64,000 nt of DNA from Acidobacteriaceae bacterium (lineage in GTDB: Bacteria; Acidobacteriota; Terriglobia; Terriglobales; Acidobacteriaceae): the NCBI GenBank assembly GCA_031296325.1, contig JARLFY010000004.1, positions 58-64,057 on the forward strand, in the 5' to 3' direction. The position numbers and the translations under genes are program-made. Every line of letters starts with the position of its first letter. Positions within the stretch are counted from its first letter, which is position 1. Under the pieces are notes generated by a model that did not search any database, had not been told where the DNA came from, and was given only the letters and a program-made list of their open reading frames with translations. Shown here piece after piece: positions 35,078-44,411 of this stretch.

Positions 35078-35422
35078 ATGCAGGACTCGCTACGCCGATT
35101 CAAGGCTGACATCTTTCAGGCATTGGCCAACCCGAAGCGGATCGCCATCGTCGAGTTGCTGAGCGAGGGAGAGCTTTCGGCTGGGGAGTTGATGGAGAAG
35201 CTCGGCATGGAGCAGGCCAACCTATCGCAGCACCTCGCCGTGCTGCGCGCCAAGAAGCTGGTGGCCAATCGCAAGGCGGGTAATCAGGTCTTCTACTCGG
35301 TGCGCGACCCGCTGCTGATTGAGGTTCTCGCCCTGATGCGGCGCTACTTCTACACTCACCTTCAGGAGTCAATGGAACTGCTGGGTGAGATGGACAATAG
35401 TTCGACTGAGGTGGCACGGTGA
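35078..35422 (+). CDS. ArsR/SmtB family transcriptional regulator
   Basis: FQALANPKRIAIVELL, ANLSQHLAVLR, RKAGNQVFYS. Confidence 0.92.
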   Translation: MQDSLRRFKADIFQALANPKRIAIVELLSEGELSAGELMEKLGMEQANLSQHLAVLRAKKLVANRKAGNQVFYSVRDPLLIEVLALMRRYFYTHLQESMELLGEMDNSSTEVAR

Positions 35423-37440
35423 TCTCGGCCCTGGCCTCGACGGTGGTGCAGCACGACCTGCGCTGGCTTCTGCTGCTGATCTGCGCCTGGGGAGGGATCG
35501 GGCTGGCCGGAATGCTGCGCCAACGCAGCCTGCTGGTCGTGCGTGTTCTCTTTCCGCTCGGCTCGCTGACTTGTCTTTTGGTCGCCATTCTCGCGGGAGT
35601 CTTTCTTGCCTCGGGGCAAGCGTCGCAGGCGATGGTGCTTCCGCTGGGTCTGCCGGATCTGCCCTTTCATCTGCGGCTGGACGCGCTCTCGGCCTTCTTT
35701 CTGCTGATTCTGGGCGTAGCGGGCGCGGGAATCTCGATCTTCTCCGCCGGATACTTTCGCGTCGGCGAAGGTACGTCGCCGGGGCTGATGGGCTTGCAGT
35801 ATCACCTCTTTCTCGCCAGCATGGCCGTGGTTCTGCTGGCGGACGACGCGTATCTCTTCATGGTCGCGTGGGAGACGATGGCGCTCAGCTCGTACTTTCT
35901 GGTCACCTCACAGCATCGCATTCCGGAGATTCGTCGCGCAGGATTCCTGTATCTCTTGATTGCGCACGTCGGCGCGATCTGCATCCTGCTTTGCTTTGGA
36001 GTGCTGCAAGGCGGAAGCTGGCTGTTCATCTTCGACGCCATGCGCTCGGCGACGCTGACTCCGCTGCTGGCCAGCACGGCCTTCCTGCTTGCGTTGCTCG
36101 GCTTCGGAGCTAAGGCGGGACTGGTTCCAATGCATGTATGGCTGCCCGAGGCGCATCCCGCTGCTCCGTCGCCGGTCTCGGCGATGATGAGCGGGTTGAT
36201 GCTGAAGACGGCGGTCTACGGAATGCTGCGCGTCAGCTTCGATCTGCTGCATGTGCGCTTCTGGCAGTGGGGCGTGTTGCTGTTGGCGCTGGGACTCTTC
36301 TCGGCCTTGTACGGAGCGATCTTCGCCGCCGTGCAGACCGACATGAAGCGTCTGCTGGCCTACTCGTCGATTGAAAATGTCGGCATTATCTTTGCCGGAA
36401 TCGGCCTGTCGATCCTGTTTGAGACTTGCAACTTGCATCTGTTCGCCGCGCTCGCTCTGTGCGCCGCGCTGGTACACTCGCTGAACCACGCGCTCTTCAA
36501 AAGCCTGCTGTTTCTGACCACCGGCTCCGTGCTGCATGCGACCAAGCAGCGCAATCTGGGCAAGCTGGGCGGGCTGATTCGCCGCATGCCCTGGGTCGCC
36601 AGCATGGCGTTGGTGGGAACGCTTGCGATTGCCGGATTGCCGCCGCTCAACGGCTTCGTCTCCGAGTGGCTGCTGTTGCAGTCCTTCCTCTTCACGCCGG
36701 AGATTCCGCACGAGTTCGTGAATATGTTCGTCCCGCTGGGCGCGGCGGTGCTGGCTTTGACCGCGGCGCTGGCGGCTTATGTGATGGTCAAGTTCTACGG
36801 CGTGGTCTTCCTCGGGCAGCCGCGCGAGGCCTCACTGGCCGATGCGCACGATGCAAACTTGCTGGAGCGCCTTGGTCTGGTGTGGCTTGCGCTGGGCTGT
36901 ATTCTGATCGGCGTCATGCCGCAGCTTGCCCTGCGCCCTGCATCGGCGGTAACCAGAAAGCTGCTGGGCCAGAGCATTCTTCCCACAGGCTCGATCTGGT
37001 GGATTGCGCCGATTGCGCCGAAGCAGGCCTCATATAGCGGCCTGATTATGCTGCTTGGAATTGTCGGAGTGGTCGGCATTACCTTCCTGCTGGTGCGTCT
37101 GCTGGCGCACGGACGAACGCGCCGCGTTGCCACATGGGATTGCGGTTATCCGTATCAGAACGCGCGAATGCAGGACACCGCCGAGGGATTCGGCCAGCCC
37201 ATTCGCCACATGTTCGGAACCTTCTTCCGCATGGAGCGCGACCTGCCCGCGCCGGAGGAGAGTTCTCCGCACTATCGCATTCGCATCGAAGATCGCCTGT
37301 GGCATGCGATCTATCAGCCGATTGCGCGCGCCGTACAGTGGCTCGCCGACGTGGTCGGAGTCCTGCAAGGCGGAAGCCTTTCAATCTATCTGCTGTACAG
37401 CTTTCTTACCCTGATCGTGCTGCTGGTATTCGTCCTATGA
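35419..37440 (+). CDS. hyfB: HyfB-like antiporter-type membrane subunit (Ehr complex)
   Basis: FMVAWETM, KAGLVPMHVWLPEAHPAAP, KRLLAYSSIEN, LPPLNGFVSEW, WDCG. Confidence 0.85.
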   Translation: MISALASTVVQHDLRWLLLLICAWGGIGLAGMLRQRSLLVVRVLFPLGSLTCLLVAILAGVFLASGQASQAMVLPLGLPDLPFHLRLDALSAFFLLILGVAGAGISIFSAGYFRVGEGTSPGLMGLQYHLFLASMAVVLLADDAYLFMVAWETMALSSYFLVTSQHRIPEIRRAGFLYLLIAHVGAICILLCFGVLQGGSWLFIFDAMRSATLTPLLASTAFLLALLGFGAKAGLVPMHVWLPEAHPAAPSPVSAMMSGLMLKTAVYGMLRVSFDLLHVRFWQWGVLLLALGLFSALYGAIFAAVQTDMKRLLAYSSIENVGIIFAGIGLSILFETCNLHLFAALALCAALVHSLNHALFKSLLFLTTGSVLHATKQRNLGKLGGLIRRMPWVASMALVGTLAIAGLPPLNGFVSEWLLLQSFLFTPEIPHEFVNMFVPLGAAVLALTAALAAYVMVKFYGVVFLGQPREASLADAHDANLLERLGLVWLALGCILIGVMPQLALRPASAVTRKLLGQSILPTGSIWWIAPIAPKQASYSGLIMLLGIVGVVGITFLLVRLLAHGRTRRVATWDCGYPYQNARMQDTAEGFGQPIRHMFGTFFRMERDLPAPEESSPHYRIRIEDRLWHAIYQPIARAVQWLADVVGVLQGGSLSIYLLYSFLTLIVLLVFVL

Positions 37441-38393
37441 GGGGAATCACGTTCATTCGCCAATTCGGAGAAGTGATTCTGGCCATCGCGATTGCTCCGC
37501 TCTTCGCAGGATGGATCGCGCAGTGTCGTGCGTGGATGCAAAGCCGCTCCGCGCCGCTGGTGACGCAGCCCTATCGCATGCTGCGCAAGCTCTTCAGCAA
37601 AGACGCCGCCTTGGCAGAGACCGCGTCGCCTCTCTTCCGCATCACGCCCTACGTCCTCTTCGGAACGATGGTGCTGGCCGCGGCGATCATTCCCTCGCTC
37701 GCCACGGACCTTCCGTTTGCGCGCGCCGCCGATGCGATTGCGCTGATCGGCCTCTTCGCCACCGCGCGCGTCTTCCTGTCGCTGGCGGCGATGGACATCG
37801 GCACCGGCTTCGGCAGCATGGGAGCGCGCCGCGAGATGATGATTGGCTTCCTCGCCGAGCCTGCGTTGCTTATGGTTCTCTTCAACGCATCACTGCTCTA
37901 CGGCAGCACAGCGTTGCCCAGCCTAGTCGACGGATACCGAGCGCACCCCACGATCATCGACCCCAGTGTGATCTTCGCTGCCGTCGCGTTTGTTATGGTG
38001 CTGCTGGCGGAGAACGCGCGCATCCCAATCGACAATCCCGCAACCCATCTTGAACTGACGATGATCCACGAGGCGATGTTGCTGGAGTACTCGGCGCGCC
38101 ATCTGGCGCTGGTCGAATGGGCCTCGTACCTGAAGCTCTTCAACTACGCCTGCATCGGCTTTGCGCTCTTCGTGCCCTGGGGTATTGCAATCCACGGATC
38201 GGATGGAGGCGGGGTCCTCGCGCTCTCCATCGTTGCCTTGCTCGGCAAGTTGGTCGTCGCCGGATCCGCGCTGGCGTTGATTGAAACCCTCTCGGCCAAG
38301 CTGCGCATCTTTCGCGCGCCGGAGTTTCTGGCGATGGCCTTCCTGCTCGCCGTACTCGGTCTGCTGGTTCATCTTCTGCTGGGGGTGAGATAG
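37437..38393 (+). CDS. hyfC: HyfC/NuoH-like membrane subunit (Ehr complex)
   Basis: GFGSMGARRE, ENARIPIDNPATHLELTMIHEAMLLEYS; ATGA overlap. Confidence 0.85.
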   Translation: MRGITFIRQFGEVILAIAIAPLFAGWIAQCRAWMQSRSAPLVTQPYRMLRKLFSKDAALAETASPLFRITPYVLFGTMVLAAAIIPSLATDLPFARAADAIALIGLFATARVFLSLAAMDIGTGFGSMGARREMMIGFLAEPALLMVLFNASLLYGSTALPSLVDGYRAHPTIIDPSVIFAAVAFVMVLLAENARIPIDNPATHLELTMIHEAMLLEYSARHLALVEWASYLKLFNYACIGFALFVPWGIAIHGSDGGGVLALSIVALLGKLVVAGSALALIETLSAKLRIFRAPEFLAMAFLLAVLGLLVHLLLGVR

Positions 38394-38395
38394 CC

Positions 38396-39073
38396 ATGCA
38401 CCTACTACATCCCTTTACTGTTCCCGTCATTAACGTTCTAAACCTGCTGGCCGCATGTCTTCTTCTACTCTCCTTCGCAATGCTCTCGCGACGGCGTACG
38501 CAGCGGCTTATCACGCTCTTTGCGTGGCAGGGAGGAATTCTCTGTCTCTCCACCAGTCTGGTCGCATACAGCTCAGGTCTGCATGAGCTTTACTATTCCG
38601 CCGCTCTCACGCTGCTGTTGAAGGTAATCACTCTGCCGCTGATTCTGCGCCGCCTGATCTATCGTCTGGGCGCGGAGTGGGATAGCGAGACGATGGTCAA
38701 CATTCCCGTCACCATGCTGGCCGGGCTGATGCTGGTGATCTTCGCCTTCGGCCTGGCGCAGCCCATCAGCATGATGGCGACGACGATTACGCGCAACATG
38801 CTGGGCATTGCGCTGGCCGTCATTCTGCTCTCGTTCCTGATGATGATTACGCGTCGCAAGGCCGTCACGCAGGTCATTGGATTTCTGGCCATGGAGAACG
38901 GTCTGTTCTTCGCAGCCACCAGCGCGACCTACGGAATGCCAATGGTCATCGAACTGGGCATCGCACTCGATGTATTGGTTGGCGTCTTTATTCTCGGATT
39001 ATTTTTCTTCCAGATTCGCGAGCAGTTTGAAAGTCTCGATCTGCGCAACATGGAAAATCTTAAGGAGGAATGA
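38396..39073 (+). CDS. hyfE: HyfE-like membrane subunit
   Basis: QVIGFLAMENG, PMVIELGIALD. Confidence 0.82.
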   Translation: MHLLHPFTVPVINVLNLLAACLLLLSFAMLSRRRTQRLITLFAWQGGILCLSTSLVAYSSGLHELYYSAALTLLLKVITLPLILRRLIYRLGAEWDSETMVNIPVTMLAGLMLVIFAFGLAQPISMMATTITRNMLGIALAVILLSFLMMITRRKAVTQVIGFLAMENGLFFAATSATYGMPMVIELGIALDVLVGVFILGLFFFQIREQFESLDLRNMENLKEE

Positions 39074-39074
39074 A

Positions 39075-40526
39075 TTGGAACTACTCGCGGTACTAAGTCT
39101 GCCCCTCCTGGGATTTTTCCTGCTCGCGCTCTTCGGAGCCAGGCGAGTGGCCCCGGAGTTGAACATCTCCATCAGCCTTGCGACGTTCATTGCCGCGTCG
39201 TTGCTGGCCGTTCGCGTTGCGCGTCATGGACCGATTCTGGTCTTGCACGATCAGTTCTTCGTCGACGCCTTCAATGTATTCCTCGTCGCGCTAACCGCAT
39301 TCGTTGGACTCACCACGGCGATCTTCTCGCGCCCCTACATGCGCATCGAGGAGTTGCACGGACGGCTAACGCCGCGTCGTCTGCGCCTCTATCACGCCAT
39401 GTATCAGCTCTTCATGGCGGCAATGTTTCTTGCGCTGCTGACCAACAACATGGGCCTGCTGTGGGTTGCGATGGAGGCGGCAACGCTGTCGACCGTGCTT
39501 CTGGTCTCGCTCTATCGCACGCGCGCCAGCCTGGAAGCCGCGTGGAAGTACTTCATCCTCTGCGGCGTGGGCATTGCGCAGGCTCTGTTCGGAACTATTC
39601 TGCTCTACTTCGCCGCAGAAAAAGCTCTGGGCAGCGAAGGCATGACCGCGCTTCTGTGGACGCATCTGAACGCAGTCAAAGGCCAGCTTGAACCGCGCGT
39701 TCTGGGGCTTGCCTTCGTCTTTCTACTCGTCGGCTACGGCACCAAGGTCGGCCTTGCGCCGCTGCACAACTGGCTGCCGGACGCGCATGCCGAAGGCCCT
39801 ACGCCGGTCTCAGCGGTTCTGTCAGGCCTACTGCTGAACGTCGCTCTCTACGCGGTGATTCGCTGCAAAGTGCTGGTCGAGGGTTCCATCGGCGTCGCTC
39901 TTCCCAGCCGCATGTTGATGGGCTTCGGACTGCTCTCCGCCGTGCTGGCTTCGTTCTTTCTCTGGCGACAGCGCGACATCAAGCGGCTCTTCGGTTACTC
40001 GTCGATCGAGCACATGGGCATCATCACCTTCGCCTTTGGACTCGGCGGCCCGATCGCAAACTTCGCGGCGCTGTTGCACATGACGGTTCACTCGCTGACC
40101 AAGTCGTCGATCTTCTTCACCGCGGGCCACGCCTCGCAGGCCTCTGGCACGCAGCAGATGGACGGCATTCGCGGCCTACTTGGCACCAGCCCCACTATCG
40201 GATGGGGCCTGATGCTGGGTTCGCTGGCAATTCTCGGCATGCCTCCCTTCGGCGTATTTTCGAGTGAATTTCTCATCCTCACTACGGCGATGCGCGAGCA
40301 TCCGGGTACAACGCCGCTTCTTCTGATCGCACTCGGCGTAGCCTTTGCCGCCATCTTCAGCCGCGTACAGCCGATGGTCTTCGGCGACAAGGAAGCGCAG
40401 CCCTTGCCGCATTCGCCCGCGCTGGTGCCGGTCTTCGTACATCTGGCGTTGGTGCTGATGTTGGGCATCTACATGCCGCCCGCGCTGGCCGAATGGTATC
40501 GCGTGGCCGCACGGTTGATCGGATAA
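39075..40526 (+). CDS. hyfF: HyfF-like antiporter-type membrane subunit
   Basis: WVAMEAAT, LEAAWKY, GYGTKVGLAPLHNWLPDAH, YSSIEHMG; TTG start after AGGAGG. Confidence 0.85.
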   Translation: MELLAVLSLPLLGFFLLALFGARRVAPELNISISLATFIAASLLAVRVARHGPILVLHDQFFVDAFNVFLVALTAFVGLTTAIFSRPYMRIEELHGRLTPRRLRLYHAMYQLFMAAMFLALLTNNMGLLWVAMEAATLSTVLLVSLYRTRASLEAAWKYFILCGVGIAQALFGTILLYFAAEKALGSEGMTALLWTHLNAVKGQLEPRVLGLAFVFLLVGYGTKVGLAPLHNWLPDAHAEGPTPVSAVLSGLLLNVALYAVIRCKVLVEGSIGVALPSRMLMGFGLLSAVLASFFLWRQRDIKRLFGYSSIEHMGIITFAFGLGGPIANFAALLHMTVHSLTKSSIFFTAGHASQASGTQQMDGIRGLLGTSPTIGWGLMLGSLAILGMPPFGVFSSEFLILTTAMREHPGTTPLLLIALGVAFAAIFSRVQPMVFGDKEAQPLPHSPALVPVFVHLALVLMLGIYMPPALAEWYRVAARLIG

Positions 40527-40531
40527 AGCCT

Positions 40532-42106
40532 ATGAACTTTGCATCGCTCAATTCGGCTAAACTCGCATCGTCTGGAAAGACGCTGCCTTCAAATATTGCG
40601 GCAACACATGCAATTCTTGATCGCGCCGAGTGGCAGCGAGCGATTGGAGATCTGCGCGCCATCGATGCAGTCTTTCTCAGCCTGTGGGGCGCGGACGATT
40701 TCGATCGCGATGGTAGCTTCTCAATCTACGCGGCCTTCCTGCTGGCCGAGGGCGCGCTGGTGTTGCAGCACAAGATAACCGACGTGATCGCGCCGAGCTA
40801 TCCAAGCCTTGCGCGAGCCTTTCCTGCTGCTGCGCGGATGGAGCGCGCGGTCTACGATCTGTTCGGCATCGTCAGCGTAAGCGTTGGCCATGAGTCCGAC
40901 CAGCGCGGCTGGCTGCGCCACGCGGGCTGGCCCGAAGGCCTCTATCCTCTGCGTCGCAGCTTTGATGGCGCGCAGCAATATCCCGTTCAATCCGAACCCT
41001 ACGAGTTCGTGCAGGTGGAGGGAAACGGAGTGCATGAGATCGCCGTCGGCCCGGTTCACGCGGGAACGATCGAGCCGGGACACTTCCGCTTCTCGGTCGT
41101 TGGCGAGAAGGTTCTGCGTCTCGAAGAGCGGCTCGGCTATACCCACAAGGGAACGGCGAAGCTCTTTGAATCGCTGACGCAGACCGAGGCGCATCGCCTT
41201 GCTGCGCGGCTCTCGGGAGACTCCGCCGTTGCGTTCTCATGGGCCTACTGCGCAGCTCTCGAAGCCATCACAGCGACCGCCGTTCCACTGCGCGCGAGCA
41301 GCCTGCGCGCGCTGGCGCTGGAGCATGAACGCATCGCCAATCATCTGGGCGACCTCGGCGCGCTGGGCAACGATGCGGGCTTCGCACTTGGCCTGACTCA
41401 CTTTTCTCGCCTGAAGGAAGATCTGCTACGCGTCAATGTTGCGGCCTTCGGCGCGCGCTACCTGCTGGACTACATCGTTCCCGGCGGAGTTGCGGTCGAT
41501 CTCTCGAAGACCGCGCACGCCCTGCTCGAAGAGCAGTATCGAACGCTTGCACACGAGGTTGCGGGCCTGCGCGCGATCTACGACGACCACGGCGGGTTGC
41601 AGGATCGCTTCCGCGAGGCGGGCCGTCTGACGCCCGAGCTTGCGCAGGATCTGGGCGCAATGGGCCTGATCGCACGCGCCTCTGGTGTGGCTCACGACCT
41701 GCGCATCGATCACCCCTGGGCTCCTTACGACGTTCTTGCGACGCAACTCATCACGCAGTCTGACGGCGACGTAGCTGCGCGAGTACAGGTGCGCTTCGAC
41801 GATCTCTCCGAGTCGCTGCGCCTCTGTCAGACGCTGCTCAACACGCTCGCAACAGGGCCGATTCAGGCTGAGGTCGCGGTGGCGAATTCGGATCAACTCG
41901 GCATTGCATTGATCGAAGGCTGGCGCGGGCCGGTGATGATTGCGCTCGAATGCGGCGCGCACAACTCCATCCGTCGTTGCCACGCGCACGATCCATCGTG
42001 GCAGAACTGGCCGCTGCTGGAGTACGCGATTCTGGGCAACATCGTGCCGGACTTTCCACTCATCAACAAGTCGTTCAACCTGTCCTACAGCGGACAAGAC
42101 GGATGA
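40532..42106 (+). CDS. Ehr large subunit (fused NuoC/NuoD-like, HyfG homologue without Ni-Fe ligands)
   Basis: ER..DLFGI, VGPVHAGTIEPGHFRF, GYTHKG, EGWRG; RLSGDS in place of RxCGxC and FNLSYSG in place of DPCxxC. Confidence 0.85.
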   Translation: MNFASLNSAKLASSGKTLPSNIAATHAILDRAEWQRAIGDLRAIDAVFLSLWGADDFDRDGSFSIYAAFLLAEGALVLQHKITDVIAPSYPSLARAFPAAARMERAVYDLFGIVSVSVGHESDQRGWLRHAGWPEGLYPLRRSFDGAQQYPVQSEPYEFVQVEGNGVHEIAVGPVHAGTIEPGHFRFSVVGEKVLRLEERLGYTHKGTAKLFESLTQTEAHRLAARLSGDSAVAFSWAYCAALEAITATAVPLRASSLRALALEHERIANHLGDLGALGNDAGFALGLTHFSRLKEDLLRVNVAAFGARYLLDYIVPGGVAVDLSKTAHALLEEQYRTLAHEVAGLRAIYDDHGGLQDRFREAGRLTPELAQDLGAMGLIARASGVAHDLRIDHPWAPYDVLATQLITQSDGDVAARVQVRFDDLSESLRLCQTLLNTLATGPIQAEVAVANSDQLGIALIEGWRGPVMIALECGAHNSIRRCHAHDPSWQNWPLLEYAILGNIVPDFPLINKSFNLSYSGQDG

Positions 42107-42113
42107 GGCAACC

Positions 42114-42680
42114 ATGCTAACTATTCTTTCGCGCATGATCCGCACGGGGATATTGACCGAGCCGCGCACGGAACAGAATCCCGCGCTAAGTCCGGAATCA
42201 GGTTCACGGCCGCGCACTGCCGCGCCTCTAAATGAAGACGCTGCAACGGTGGAAGCATTGCAGCGGGAGTTGTGGAAGACGCTGGGGCGCGCGCTATGCA
42301 TTCGCCACGTCGATGCAGGTTCGTGCAACGGCTGCGAGTTGGAGATCAACGCGATCAACAACCCGTACTACAACCTCGAAGGCATGGGCATCAAGTTCGT
42401 CGCCAGCCCGCGTCACGCCGATCTGCTGCTGGTCACCGGGCCGGTCTCGGTCAACATGGAAGAGGCTCTGCGACGCACCTATGACGCAATGCCCAATCCC
42501 AAACTCGTCGTCGCGCTCGGCGACTGCGGAGCTTGCGGCGGCATCTTCGGCAAGAACTACGCCAGTCGCGGAGGCATCTCCAGCATCCTTCCCGTAGACC
42601 AGACGATCGCAGGTTGTCCGCCAAGTCCGGCCGCAATAATTACCGGTATTCTGCAAGCAATCTCGTCTGCTGCGCGATAA
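42114..42680 (+). CDS. NuoB/HyfI-like [4Fe-4S] small subunit
   Basis: DAGSCNGCELE, SPRHAD, GDCG, GCPP. Confidence 0.88.
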   Translation: MLTILSRMIRTGILTEPRTEQNPALSPESGSRPRTAAPLNEDAATVEALQRELWKTLGRALCIRHVDAGSCNGCELEINAINNPYYNLEGMGIKFVASPRHADLLLVTGPVSVNMEEALRRTYDAMPNPKLVVALGDCGACGGIFGKNYASRGGISSILPVDQTIAGCPPSPAAIITGILQAISSAAR

Positions 42681-42691
42681 TTTCAACGCCT

Positions 42692-42734
42692 TTGTTTGTC
42701 ATTCCGCAGCAACGCGGAGAAATCCGCTTTTGTC
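42692..42734 (-). repeat. Solo REP core
   Basis: TTTGTTTGTCATTCCGCAGCAACGCGGAGAAATCCGCTTTT between convergent genes. Confidence 0.6.
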
Positions 42735-42739
42735 TTCGC

Positions 42740-43204
42740 CTATGATACTTGCGATGCGGCCCTGCGCTTTGCGATGCGGGCGCGACGCTTCAGTTCGAGG
42801 TTGCTGAACATCGTGGTGCGGCATTTTTCCGTGCCGCAGTAGCAGTCCTGCGCCTCGTCGTCCGAGTCGTAGAGGTTGTACTCGTAGGTAAGCTCTTCTC
42901 CAGCGGCAACGTCGCGAATCGTCGAGATGTAGATGCGTCCGTCTGCGTCCTGCTCGCTCTCGCAGTTGGGGTCGCAGCAGTGGTTGAAGAACATCGGCGT
43001 ACCGAAGCCGTCGATGACCTGATTGCGACCGCAGGCGAAGAGATAGGTGACGAAGCGGCCCTCGTAGCGCGCGTCGGCGACGGCCTTGGACATGCGCGGT
43101 CCATCGTACTCGCAGACGCGAACGCCCGCCTTGATGGGGCTCGTGGTGTAGCAGCCAGCGGCGTGGATCGACGAAGAGCGAACGATGAGTCCGGGAAGCA
43201 TCAT
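42740..43204 (-). CDS. SET domain protein (putative lysine methyltransferase)
   Basis: SSIHAAG, EYDG, FNHCCDPNC, GEELTYEY, post-SET CYCGTEKC. Confidence 0.9.
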   Translation of the reverse strand: MMLPGLIVRSSSIHAAGCYTTSPIKAGVRVCEYDGPRMSKAVADARYEGRFVTYLFACGRNQVIDGFGTPMFFNHCCDPNCESEQDADGRIYISTIRDVAAGEELTYEYNLYDSDDEAQDCYCGTEKCRTTMFSNLELKRRARIAKRRAASQVS

Positions 43205-43265
43205 ACTTGGCTGACTATAACAAAGATGCCGCGCGTGTGTCGCAATCGTCGTGATGCTAGCATGA

Positions 43266-43303
43266 GGCTTAACCCCGATCTACACGGATGGCCCCGATTT
43301 AAA
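43266..43303 (+). repeat. Solo arm of the (ACCGAT)3 palindromic element
   Basis: GGCTTAACCCCGATCTACACGGATGGCCCCGATTTAAA resembles GGCTTAACACTGATTTATACCGATGGCATCGATTTAAA at 60302. Confidence 0.55.
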
Positions 43304-43400
43304 GACAGAGACGGCAAGAAGGATCGCAGTTTGGTGCAGATCAAGAGCGAAGACCTTTGCGTCGCGCAGATCGTCTAAACTGAAGAGGGCGAGGAGAACG

Positions 43401-44273
43401 ATGCGCAGAGACCTTGAAAGAGTGTTGATAGCTGGAGCCATGCTGACGTGGGCGATGACTACCTGCTTCGCGCAGACGAAAACGACCACCGACTATCCTG
43501 CGCCGTGTTCCGTGGCTCCGGTGCCTGTGCCATGCGGAAGCTCCAGTCCGGCCTCGGGCAAGACGAGTACGACGGAGAAGTTCCCCTTTCCCGGCGAACC
43601 GACCGACGGATCGACAAGTTCCTCCGCGCCCAACCTCACAGGCGTTCCGTCGCTTCCCGAACCGTCGGGCAACTCAGCCGCTCCGGCTGCAACTCCCTCT
43701 GCGCCGACGAACCCTGCGCCAAACGCGCCCGCGCCTGCATCGGGCAAGACGGCTGCGGACTTTCCCTTTCCCGATGAGTCGGAACCGAAGAGTGGCGATG
43801 CGAATGCCCCCGGCGCGACGAATGCAAACAACGCTGCAAGCTCTTCTTCCAGCAGCAGTTCCAGCGACGACGCATCTGCGCCCGATCCCGACGCAAAGCC
43901 AGACTCAGCAGCTCCGGCGATGAAGGATGAGGGCAGCGAAGGCAGTCAGGCGACTCCGGGAAGGCATCTCCTGCACCGCGTGAATCCCGTGGCGACGAAG
44001 CTGCAAACAGCCGACCAGCGCGAGGCCGAGGATCTGAGCGTCGCGCATTACTACACCCAGACCGGAGATCTACAGGGCGCGTATCTACGCAGCAAAGACG
44101 CGGTCAAGACGATCCCCGACGATCCCGCCGCGCACCTCGCGCTGGCCGAAGTCGCGCTGAAGTTGGACAAACGCGACGAGGCCATCGCCGAGTTCAACGC
44201 ATGCCTCAAGTTCGACCCGACGGACAAGCAAGCCGCCACCGCGCACAAGGCTCTGGCGCGGCTGAAACCGTAG
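43401..44273 (+). CDS. Exported protein, Pro/Ser-rich disordered region plus C-terminal TPR-like helices
   Basis: Signal peptide ..CFAQ; two FPFP motifs; VAHYY..GDLQGAYLR..A..PDDP.A..LA. Confidence 0.72.
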   Translation: MRRDLERVLIAGAMLTWAMTTCFAQTKTTTDYPAPCSVAPVPVPCGSSSPASGKTSTTEKFPFPGEPTDGSTSSSAPNLTGVPSLPEPSGNSAAPAATPSAPTNPAPNAPAPASGKTAADFPFPDESEPKSGDANAPGATNANNAASSSSSSSSSDDASAPDPDAKPDSAAPAMKDEGSEGSQATPGRHLLHRVNPVATKLQTADQREAEDLSVAHYYTQTGDLQGAYLRSKDAVKTIPDDPAAHLALAEVALKLDKRDEAIAEFNACLKFDPTDKQAATAHKALARLKP

Positions 44274-44297
44274 GTACGTTCTGCACTCCATCGAATG

Positions 44298-44411
44298 ACT
44301 CGAGTTTTACCAATGGTATAGAGTTTCATGGCGCAAGAGAGAAACAGATTCCTTCGCTTCGTTACGGAATGACAAACAAAGTTGCTCCAGAGCAAGAGTG
44401 GAAACGCTCTA
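44298..44411 (+). mobile_element. MITE-like element with REP core
   Basis: TTTTACCAATGGTATAGA...CAGATTCCTTCGCTTCGTTACGGAATGACAAACAAA...AAACGCTCTA; last CTA is the stop of the lipid kinase gene. Confidence 0.65.

Noticed and set aside
40532-42106. Call as a true [NiFe] hydrogenase or formate hydrogenlyase
   Set aside because: Both CxxC ligand motifs are absent and no maturation or fdh genes are nearby
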